Assembly: GCA_040514175.1 (NCBI GenBank)
Contig: JBEVDE010000448.1
Span: 1 to 47,187, forward strand
From: Allosphingosinicella sp.
GTDB lineage: Bacteria > Pseudomonadota > Alphaproteobacteria > Sphingomonadales > Sphingomonadaceae
Length of the DNA: 47,187 nt
Direction of reading: 5' to 3'
Below are positions 8,102 to 16,500 of the stretch, in pieces. Position numbers and translations under genes: made by a program. Position 1 is the stretch's first letter; each line of letters begins with the position of its first letter. The notes under the pieces are model-generated. The model saw nothing but the letters and a program-made list of their open reading frames with translations, had not been told where the DNA came from and ran no database searches.

Positions 8102-9304
8102 ATGCGCATCCTCCACGTGCTCGACCACAGCCTTCCGCTCCACAGCGGCTACACGTTCCGCACCCGCGCGATCGTGACCGCTCAGAAGGCGCGCGGGATG
8201 GAGGTGGCCTGCCTTACCGGGGTCCGCCACTGGCGGGCCGGCGGCGACCCCGAGACGATCGAGGGCATCGACTTCTACCGGACCGGAAAGCCCGCGCCCG
8301 CCCCCTCCCCCCTGCGCGAATGGCGCGAGATCAAGGCGCTCGAGGCCCGGCTCGACGCGCTCGCCGAAGAATGGAAGCCGGACCAGCTCCACGTCCACTC
8401 GCCGGTGCTCAACGCCTTGGCCGCTTTGCCGGTGGCGAAGCGCCGCGGCCTGCCGCTCATCTACGAGATCCGCGCCTTCTGGGAGGACGCCGCGGTCGGC
8501 AACGGGACGGGGCGCGAAGGCTCGGCCCGCTATCGCCTGATCCGAATGTTCGAGACCTGGGCCGCCCGCCGGGCCGACGGGGTCGCCGTCATCTGCGAAG
8601 GGCTCAGGCGGGACCTGATCGGCCGCGGCATCCCGGCGGAAAAGATCATCGTCGCGCCCAACGGGGTCGATCTCACCCTGTTCGGAAACCCGCTCGCCGC
8701 CGACTTGGGCCTCGCCCGCAAGCTCGGCCTGGCCGGCGCCGACGTCGTCGGCTTCATCGGCTCCTTCTACGATTACGAAGGGCTGGACGATCTCATCGCG
8801 GCCATGCCCCTGCTCCTGGAGAAGCGCCCCAAGGCCCACCTCCTCCTCGTCGGCGGAGGCCCGGTCGAGGAGGCGCTGAAGGCGCAGGCCGAGGCCTCGC
8901 CGGCTCGGCAGCGGATCCATTTCACCGGCCGGGTGCCGCACCATGAGGTCGACCGCTATTACGGCCTGATCGACATTCTCGCTTATCCCCGCAAGGCGAT
9001 GCGCCTCACCGAGCTGGTGACTCCGCTGAAGCCGCTCGAGGCAATGGCGCAGAGGAAGCTGGTCGTCGCCTCCAACGTCGGCGGCCATCGCGAGCTGATC
9101 GAGGACGGCGTGACCGGCACCCTGTTCCCGGCCGGCGACCCGAAGGCGCTGACCGACGCGCTCGACACCCTGTTCGCCAATCGCGGCCGCTGGGACGAAA
9201 GGCGCGACACCGCTCAGGCCTTCGTCCGGCGGGATCGTAACTGGTCGTCAAATATTTCCAGTTACATACCCGCTTACCAGAAGCTCACGGGCAAGGCGGT
9301 CTGA
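8102..9304 (+). CDS. GT4 glycosyltransferase, PEP-CTERM/exosortase A system-associated
   Basis: MRILHVLDHSLPLHSGYTFRT, YEIRAFWEDAAV, GSFYDYEGLD and TPLKPLEAMA motifs. Confidence 0.9.
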   Translation: MRILHVLDHSLPLHSGYTFRTRAIVTAQKARGMEVACLTGVRHWRAGGDPETIEGIDFYRTGKPAPAPSPLREWREIKALEARLDALAEEWKPDQLHVHSPVLNALAALPVAKRRGLPLIYEIRAFWEDAAVGNGTGREGSARYRLIRMFETWAARRADGVAVICEGLRRDLIGRGIPAEKIIVAPNGVDLTLFGNPLAADLGLARKLGLAGADVVGFIGSFYDYEGLDDLIAAMPLLLEKRPKAHLLLVGGGPVEEALKAQAEASPARQRIHFTGRVPHHEVDRYYGLIDILAYPRKAMRLTELVTPLKPLEAMAQRKLVVASNVGGHRELIEDGVTGTLFPAGDPKALTDALDTLFANRGRWDERRDTAQAFVRRDRNWSSNISSYIPAYQKLTGKAV

Positions 9305-10158
9305 TGCCGAAACTCTCCTTCCTTAGCGCACGCGCGTTCGACTCCGGGCTGGCGGCGCTGGCGGCCTTGTCCGCCGGCTTCGTCGCCTTCGCCATGCCGC
9401 AACCGCTCTTTTCCGGTCTGGTCGAGGCCAGCCGTCTCCCCGATTTCGTCGCCGCCGCTCAGCCGCCGCTGGGGGATACGGCGCGCTTCGCCGCGGTCGG
9501 GGCGGCGGCCCTGCTCACCTTCGTCGCGGTCTGGGTGCTGATGGCCGCTCTCGGCCGGGCGCCCGCCGGGCCGGGAACGGCGGCCGAAGCCCAGGCCGAG
9601 GCGCCGCGGCTTCGGCGGGCCGACGCCCATCCCGACGCTCCCGCCCGCCCGCCCCTGCTCGCCCGCGACCTCGGCGAGCCGCTCGACCTGCAGGATTTCC
9701 CGGAGGCCCCGGCCGACGAGTCGCCCGTTCCCGCCGAGGCAGAGCAGCGGCCGCTTCCGGCCTTCCTCGTCCCCCAGGCGCCCGAAGCCGCGCCGGCCGC
9801 CGAGGCCGAGCCGGAGCCCTGGACCGAGCCGGAGCCGGAACCCGAGCCGGAGCCTCTCTGGACTCCCTCCGCGCCGAGCCGGGCCGTTGCCGAACCGGCG
9901 CCCGAGCCGGCCCCGCAAGCCGGGCCCCTGCCGATCTCCGAGCTCGCCGCCCAATTGCCGGAGGCCGAGGAGGATCCGGACCAGCCCCTGTCGCAGCTGG
10001 TCAACCGAATCGAATTCGGGCTGTCGCGCAAGCGCCAGGCGCTTCCCGCCGCGGATCTTCCGCCGGTGGAGGAAGCGGCTTGCGAGCAGGACAAGATCGG
10101 CCATCGCCTGCGCAGCGCGATCAACGACCTTCAGAAGATCGCCTCCAGCGGCGGCTAG
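9304..10158 (+). CDS. Hypothetical membrane-anchored Pro/Glu-rich protein
   Basis: TGATG coupling to the glycosyltransferase; two N-terminal hydrophobic segments, RRADAHPDAP, and an EP-repeat linker. Confidence 0.7.
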   Translation: MPKLSFLSARAFDSGLAALAALSAGFVAFAMPQPLFSGLVEASRLPDFVAAAQPPLGDTARFAAVGAAALLTFVAVWVLMAALGRAPAGPGTAAEAQAEAPRLRRADAHPDAPARPPLLARDLGEPLDLQDFPEAPADESPVPAEAEQRPLPAFLVPQAPEAAPAAEAEPEPWTEPEPEPEPEPLWTPSAPSRAVAEPAPEPAPQAGPLPISELAAQLPEAEEDPDQPLSQLVNRIEFGLSRKRQALPAADLPPVEEAACEQDKIGHRLRSAINDLQKIASSGG

Positions 10159-10163
10159 GACGC

Positions 10164-10475
10164 TCACCTTTCCTCGACCGTCAAGGCGTCGAGGCGGATT
10201 CGGGCGAAGCCCGGCCGCCGTTCCTGCGCCACCAGCGTGATATCGGCGAGGAGATGGCCGCGAAGACTGAAGCTGCGCGCGTCGAGGCGGCTCAGGAAAC
10301 GTTCGGCGGCGGCCTCCGCGCCGTCGCCTTCGAGCCGGAATTCGAGCTCGTGGCGGGCGCCCTGGAAAGTGACGCTCGCCCAACGCCGGCTTCGAATCTC
10401 ATCGAGCGTGAATCCCGCAAAGTGGACGAAGTGGACGCGAATCGCCTGCAGGAAAGCGGTGGCGGCGTCGGTCAG
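10164..10475 (-). CDS. Conserved hypothetical protein (WASVTFxGARH motif); start uncertain
   Basis: C-terminal ~100 aa read as a globular protein (RRWASVTFQGARHEL...FSLRGHLLADI). No in-frame ATG/GTG/TTG near the expected start; CTG at 10475 overlaps the upstream stop. Confidence 0.6.
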   Translation of the reverse strand: MTDAATAFLQAIRVHFVHFAGFTLDEIRSRRWASVTFQGARHELEFRLEGDGAEAAAERFLSRLDARSFSLRGHLLADITLVAQERRPGFARIRLDALTVEER

Positions 10476-10696
10476 CGGCGGCGATGGCGATTCGGCCGCG
10501 ACGGCGCTCCCGGAGCGCGTTCGACCCGGTCCATATAGGCCAGGATCTTCGCCTCCATTCGGGGCCGCGGGACCCGCCCTCGCCGGATCTGGAAGACGAG
10601 CCGGGGGTCGCCGGTCACTTCCAGTCCGAAGCGGGTGGGGGAAATTCGGGTGCGCTTGAGGAAATGCCCTATCCGGCGCTGCAAAGACCATTTCAC
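10472..10696 (-). CDS. Small Cro-like helix-turn-helix protein
   Basis: LQRRIGHFLKRTRISPTRFGLEVTGDPRLVFQIRRGRVPR; GGGGAG RBS 5 nt before GTG at 10696 (the track starts at 10702). Confidence 0.7.
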   Translation of the reverse strand: MKWSLQRRIGHFLKRTRISPTRFGLEVTGDPRLVFQIRRGRVPRPRMEAKILAYMDRVERAPGAPSRPNRHRRR

Positions 10697-10715
10697 CAGC
10701 ACTCCCCGAATCGAC

Positions 10716-10730
10716 GTTCCTGTTATGTTC
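10716..10730 (-). promoter_or_regulatory. Alphaproteobacterial LexA (SOS) box
   Basis: GTTC-CTGTTAT-GTTC, an exact GTTC-N7-GTTC, 20 nt upstream of the Cro-like start. Confidence 0.75.
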
Positions 10731-10745
10731 TTTCTATATCCGCAT

Positions 10746-10771
10746 TTCCTATTTGTCTAGGAAGATTCCTA
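10746..10771. promoter_or_regulatory. Overlapping inverted-repeat operator
   Basis: TTCCTA(10746)-N6-TAGGAA(10758)-N2-TTCCTA(10766) in an AT-rich patch. Confidence 0.6.
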
Positions 10772-10802
10772 CCAAAATGGATGATTCTCGCCCGGCCGCG
10801 AT

Positions 10803-10976
10803 TCAGCGGCGGCGCTCGCTCAGCCAGAAGAGGAGGGCGATCGCCACGCCCGCGGTGAGTCCGGCGAGGAAGCCGATGCTCGGCTGGCCGACGATCGTCC
10901 CCGCCACCGCTCCGCCGAGGATGCTGATCGCGAGGATGAAACCCGCCGCCTGGGTGGATCGAATGCGCTGGGACAT
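10803..10976 (-). CDS. Small two-TM membrane protein (57 aa)
   Basis: MSQRIRSTQAAGFILAISILGGAVAGTIVGQPSIGFLAGLTAGVAIALLFWLSERRR. Confidence 0.7.
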   Translation of the reverse strand: MSQRIRSTQAAGFILAISILGGAVAGTIVGQPSIGFLAGLTAGVAIALLFWLSERRR

Positions 10977-11012
10977 GCACGGCCTTTGGCAGGAAGGGAG
11001 ATAACACTCAAT

Positions 11013-11135
11013 TCCTCCCCGAGATTTCTCGGGGAGGGGGACCAGCCGAAGGCTGGTGGAGGGGTTCTTCGGACTCGGCAAGGCCCCTCCACCATGCTTC
11101 GCAAGGTCCCCCTCCCCTGCAAATGCAGGGGAGGA
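11013..11135. repeat. Palindromic repeat family B, copy 1
   Basis: TCCTCCCCGAGA-TT-TCTCGGGGAGG..GACCAGCCGAAGGCTGGTGGAGGGG...CCCCTCCACC...CCTCCCCTGCAAATGCAGGGGAGGA; matches 44945-45078. Confidence 0.9.
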
Positions 11136-11227
11136 TTTTCTTTAGTGAATCCCGCGTCAAGCATCACCCTGCGCGGTTTCGAAACCCGGCGCGGCTAGAA
11201 CGGCCGAAACGACATCCGGGGAAGAAA

Positions 11228-11437
11228 TTGCTTCAGCAGACCGCCTTCGCGCCCGCCGCCTTCAGCGACGCGGCGAAGCTCATCGAGCGTTTCGGCGAAT
11301 ATGCCGGGTCGGAGGCCGCGCTTCGCGCGGACCGAAGCCGCGACCTCGGCAATTTCATCCATTTCTGCCGCTGGCGCGAAGTCGGCCGGATGATCGACCT
11401 GATCCGCGACGAGGCGGTGACCGGGCCGGTGCATTAG
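11228..11437 (+). CDS. Small conserved hypothetical protein
   Basis: Probable TTG start; AAKLIERFGEYAGSEAALRADRSRDLGNFIHFCRWREVGRMI resembles a small sphingomonad protein family. Confidence 0.65.
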   Translation: MLQQTAFAPAAFSDAAKLIERFGEYAGSEAALRADRSRDLGNFIHFCRWREVGRMIDLIRDEAVTGPVH

Positions 11438-11440
11438 ACC

Positions 11441-11527
11441 CGTCGTCCCAGCGCAGGCTGGGACCCCGGGGGGTGAAAGGCTCCGAGTTCTTCACCCCAC
11501 GGGGCCCCAGCCTTCGCTGGGGCGACG
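11441..11527. repeat. Palindromic repeat family C, copy 1
   Basis: CGTCGTCCCAGCGCAGGCTGGGACCC...GGGCCCCAGCCTTCGCTGGGGCGACG. Confidence 0.9.
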
Positions 11528-11579
11528 AACGGTAATCTTACGGCTGGCGGCACCCTTCGCCGCCCGCTAGTTTCCCCCC

Positions 11580-13553
11580 ATGTTTCAAGTCGATGCGGGG
11601 CGGGGGGTGGCGGCCGCGCTGGCCGCCCTTTTGCTGTGCGCCTGTCCCGGAGCGCTGCTCGCGCAGGAGCAGGCGCCGCCGGACGATCCGCTCGACCAGC
11701 CGCCGCTCGATCCGTCCGCGCCGCTCGATCCGCTGCCCGGCCTCGGCGTCGACTGGCCCGACATGGAGCAGGGCGCCGACCTGCCCATCGCCGACGCGCC
11801 GGACACGGCCATTGCCGACGCCGCCGCGGAGCGCCGCTACGCGGTCCGGATCGAGGGCCTCGACGCCGACACCGAGGCGGCGCTTCGAACCCAGTTCGAT
11901 TCGCTCTCGACGCTCGGCCGGAACATCAAGGACCCGGCCAACGCCGCCCAGATCGACCGCCGCGCCCGCGAGGATGCCGATCTGCTCGCGGAATTGCTCC
12001 GCGCGCGGGGCTTTTACGACGCTCTCGTGCGCACCCGGGTCGAGGCCGCGCCGGCCGGCGGCGAGGTGGTGGTGACGCTCGAGGCCGAGCCCGGCCCCGT
12101 CTACACCTTCGCCGAAGTGAGCCTGCCGGGGCTCGACTCCGCCGGCGACGAGGCGGCGGCGCTCCGGCAGGCCTTCGCAATCGCGGCGAAAGAGCCGGTC
12201 GACGCGGCCCGGGTGACGGCGGGCGAGGCGGCGCTCCGGGTCGAGCTCGGCAAGCGCGGCTACGCCTTCGCCGAAGTGGGCGAGATGGACATCGCGCTCG
12301 ACCACGAGACCCGCACCGCCACGCTCGTCCTTCCGGTCAATCCGAACGGGACCCGGCAGTTCGGCCGGATCCGGGTCGAGGGGCGGCCTTTGTTCACCGC
12401 CAGGCATATCCAGACGATCGCGCGCTGGAAGCCCGGCGCCGCCTATGAAGCGCCGCTGGTCGAGGATCTGCGGCGGGCGCTGATCGCCACCGGCCTCGTC
12501 TCGTCGGTCGCGATCCGGCCGGTGGCGGGCGAGGGCAAGAGCGTCGACCTCGCCGTCTCGCTGGAGCGCGCGCCGATGCGGACCGTCGCCGGCCAGGCCG
12601 GCTACGGCACCGGCGAAGGCATCAGGGTCGAGGCGAGCTGGCAGCATCGCAATCTGCTCCCGCCCGAAGGCGCGGTCACCTTCCGGGGCGTCGCCGGCAC
12701 CCAGGAGCAGCTGATCGGCGCGGTGCTCCGCCGCAACAATTTCCTCCGCCGCGACCAGGTTCTGACCGCCCAGGTCGCGGTCAGCCATATCGACCGCGCC
12801 GCCTATGACGCCCGCACGACGATCCTCTCGGGCGCGATCGAGCGGCAGACCAACCTCATCTGGCAGAAGAAATGGACCTGGTCGGCGGGCGCCGAGCTCG
12901 TCGCCACCGACGAGCGCGACGTCGACCTCGCCACCGGCACGACCCGGCGCCGGACCTTCTTCATCGGCGCCCTTCCGGCGAGCCTCAGCTACGACGGCTC
13001 GAACGATCTTCTCGACCCGACCGTCGGCTACCGCCTCGCTTTACGCTTCTCGCCCGAAGCCTCGCTCCAGTCGGGCACTTTCGGCTATGCCCGGACCCAG
13101 GTCGACGCCAGCCTCTACCAGCCGTTCACGCCCACCGTGACCCTGGCCGGCCGCATTCGGCTGGGTACAATATTGGGTGCCGGCCGCGACCGCATCGCGC
13201 CGTCGCGGCGCTTCTATGCGGGCGGTGGCGGCTCGGTGCGCGGCTACGGCTTCCAGCGGCTGGGCCCGCGCGATCCCGTCTTCGACGATCCGATCGGCGG
13301 CCGGAGCGTCACCGAATTCGCCCTCGAGGCCCGGATCCGCTGGGGCAATTGGGGAATCGTCCCCTTCGTCGACGGCGGCAACATTTCGACCTCGCCTCTG
13401 CCCAAGTTCGACAACCTCCGCTTCGGCGCCGGCATAGGCATTCGCTACCACACCCGCTTCGGCCCGATCCGGGTCGACGTCGGCACCCCGCTCAACCCGC
13501 GCAGCGGCGACTCGCGGGTCGCCGTCTACGTCTCGCTCGGCCAGGCCTTCTGA
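11580..13553 (+). CDS. tamA: Autotransporter assembly factor TamA (Omp85 family)
   Basis: Signal peptide, POTRA-like region, RFYAGGGGSVRGY, GPIRVDVG and C-terminal SLGQAF. Confidence 0.92.
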   Translation: MFQVDAGRGVAAALAALLLCACPGALLAQEQAPPDDPLDQPPLDPSAPLDPLPGLGVDWPDMEQGADLPIADAPDTAIADAAAERRYAVRIEGLDADTEAALRTQFDSLSTLGRNIKDPANAAQIDRRAREDADLLAELLRARGFYDALVRTRVEAAPAGGEVVVTLEAEPGPVYTFAEVSLPGLDSAGDEAAALRQAFAIAAKEPVDAARVTAGEAALRVELGKRGYAFAEVGEMDIALDHETRTATLVLPVNPNGTRQFGRIRVEGRPLFTARHIQTIARWKPGAAYEAPLVEDLRRALIATGLVSSVAIRPVAGEGKSVDLAVSLERAPMRTVAGQAGYGTGEGIRVEASWQHRNLLPPEGAVTFRGVAGTQEQLIGAVLRRNNFLRRDQVLTAQVAVSHIDRAAYDARTTILSGAIERQTNLIWQKKWTWSAGAELVATDERDVDLATGTTRRRTFFIGALPASLSYDGSNDLLDPTVGYRLALRFSPEASLQSGTFGYARTQVDASLYQPFTPTVTLAGRIRLGTILGAGRDRIAPSRRFYAGGGGSVRGYGFQRLGPRDPVFDDPIGGRSVTEFALEARIRWGNWGIVPFVDGGNISTSPLPKFDNLRFGAGIGIRYHTRFGPIRVDVGTPLNPRSGDSRVAVYVSLGQAF

Positions 13554-16500
13554 TGGCCGAGGGCGAGGCCCCGCCGCCGCGCCGCCGCCGCTGGCTCTCG
13601 CGGCTTGCGAAATGGGTGGTGGCGCTCTCTCTGGCACTCGCCGTCCTGACCGCGCTTCTCGCCGTCCTGCTCGACACCGGCGCCGGCCACCGCTTCATCG
13701 CCGACCGGATCGCCGCGATGGCGCCGGATTCCGGCCTCAGGATCCACATCGGCCGGATCCAAGGCTCGATCTGGAGCGACACGAAGCTTCGCGACGTCCG
13801 GCTCTACGACCCGCAGGGCCTGTTCGCGGAATCGCCGTTGATCGAGGTCGACTGGCAGCCGCTCTCCTGGATCACCAACCGCCTCGTCATCCACCGCCTC
13901 GAGGCCGATCTGGCGAGCCTCCACCGCCTTCCGAAGCTTCGGCCGAGCGAGAAGCCCGGGCCGGTCCTGCCGGGCTTCGACGTGCATGTCGGACGTCTCG
14001 ACGTCGCCCAGCTCCGCATCGGCAAGGCGGTGACCGGGCAGCCGCGCGTGGCGAGCCTCGCCGGCGAGGCCGACGTCCGCTCCGGGCGGGCGCTGGTCGG
14101 CCTCAAGGCGGTCGTCATGGATGGCGGCGACCGTTTCTCGCTGGTCCTCGACGCCGAGCCCGACCGCGACCGCTTCGACCTCGACGTGAAGCTGATTTCG
14201 CCCGCCCGCGGGGTCGCCGGAGCGATGCTCGGCACGGACCGGCCGATCGTCCTCGATGTCGAGGGCGACGGCAGCTGGGCGCGCTGGAACGGCGCCGCCC
14301 GCCTCGACCTCAGCGGCCGGCGCACCGCCGACCTTCGCCTGAGCGCCGAAAAGGGCCGCTACAGCCTCGCCGGCCGGGTCGCCCCGGCGCAATTCTGGAA
14401 GGGCAAGAAAGCGCGGCTGACCGCGCCGATCGTCCAGGTGACCGGCAACGCGACGCTCGAGGACCGCCAGCTCGAGGGCCGGCTGGCGCTCCGCTCGCCG
14501 GCGATGAGCGTGGTCGCCACCGGCATGATCGACCTCGCCCGGAGCGCTTTTAGCGACCTTCGGATCGGCGCCGACCTGCTGAAACCCCCGGCCCTGTTTC
14601 CCAACATGACCGGGCAGAAGGTGCGGCTGGTCGCGCTGCTCAACGGGCCGTTCAAGACCTTCGCCTTCGCCTACCGGCTGACCAGCCCGCGGGTCGCGTT
14701 CGACAATACGGGCTTCGAGGACGTCTGGGCGCAGGGGCGCGGCCGCTTCTCGAAGGCGCCGGTGACGGTGCCGCTGGTGATGTCGGCGCGGCGGGTGACC
14801 GGGGTCGGCGACGTCGCCGGCGGGATCCTCGCCAATCTTCGGGTCGAGGGCCTGCTCAAGGTGACCGGCAAGGCGCTTACCGGCGAGGGGCTCAGCCTCA
14901 CCTCGGACAAGCTCAAGGGCAAATTGAGCCTGTTCGTCGACCTGATCACCGGCCGCTTCGACGTCGTCCTGTCGGGCGGCCTCACCCGCTACTTCATCCC
15001 CGGCGTCGGCATCGTCGACGTGCTGACCGAGCTCAAGGTCGTTCGCCACCCGAGCGGAAAGGGCACGCTCGTCACCGGCAAGGGCCGCGCCTGGGTTCGG
15101 CGGTTCGACAACAAGTTCCTCGCCGGGCTTGCGGGCGGCCTGCCCTATCTCGAGGCGGACCTCGTCCGGGGCAACGACTTCATCGTCCATTTCAGGAACC
15201 TCGTCCTCACCGCGCCGAAGATAAGGATCGCCGGCACCGGCTTCCGGCGCCGCGACGGCAGTTTCTTCTTCGAAGGCAAGGGCGCGCAATCGACCTACGG
15301 CCCGTTCGCGATGAGCCTCGACGGCCGCATCGAGCGGCCGAAGCTGGCGATCCGCCTCGCCCGGCCGAGCGAGGCGCTGGGGCTGAGCGACGTCCTCCTC
15401 AACCTCGATCCGACCCCGGCCGGCTTCGCCTATCGGGCGGCGGGGGGGTCGTATCTCGGCCCCTTCACCTCGAACGGCGCGATCCTTCTGCCCAGGGACC
15501 AGCCGGCCCTGATCCAGGTGGCCGCGATCAACGTCTCCAACAGCCGCGCGTCGGGCGCGCTCCGCTCCGATCCCGGCGGCTTCACGGGCCAGCTCGACGT
15601 CAGCGGCGGCGGCCTCGCCGGCCGGCTCGCGTTCAGCCCCTTCAACAATCTCCAGCGCATCGCCATCGACCTCAGGGCCGACAATGCCCGCTTCGCCGGC
15701 CCGCCGCCGATCGTCATCCGAAGCGGCCGGCTGGAGGGCGTCGCCTTGCTCGATCCGGCGGGAACCTCGCTCAAGGGCAGCCTGACCGCGCGCGGCCTGA
15801 GCCGGGGCGCGCTCTCCATCGCCAGCCTGAGCGCGACCGGCGATCTGCGCGGCGGCGCCGGCCAGATCAAGGCCCGGTTCGCCGGCACCCGCGGCCGCGA
15901 CTTCGTCTTCGACACCGTCGCCGACATCGCCCCCGGCCGGCTTCGTCTGACCGGCCGGGGCACCGTCGACCGGCGCGCGCTCGTCCTCACCGAGCCGGCA
16001 TTGCTGGTCCGCGAGGGCGACGGCTGGCGGCTGAAGTCCACGGCGCTCACCTTCGCCGGCGGCAACGCCACCGTCTCCGGTCTGTTCGGCGGCTCGACCA
16101 GCGAGCTGAACGCGCGGGTGGAATCGATGCCGCTCGGCGTGCTCGACATCGGCTGGCCCCAGCTCGGGCTCGGCGGAAGCGCGTCGGGCACCTTGAGCTA
16201 CCGGTTCGGAAGCGCCGGTGAGCCGAGCGGCGACGCCAACCTCAAGATCCGCGGCCTCACCCGCTCGGGCCTCGTCCTTTCCTCCAGGCCGGTCGACATC
16301 GGCCTCGTCGCGAAGCTCGCCAACGGCAATGCCGCGCTTCGCGCCGTCGCGGTCAGCGAGGGGCGGACGATCGGCCGGGCGCAGGCCCGGCTGGCGCCGA
16401 TCGGGCGAAGCGGCAATATCGGCGAGCGCCTCAGCGTCGCCCCGCTCTTCGCCCAGCTTCGCTACAACGGCCCGGCCGACACGCTCTGGCGGCTGACCGG

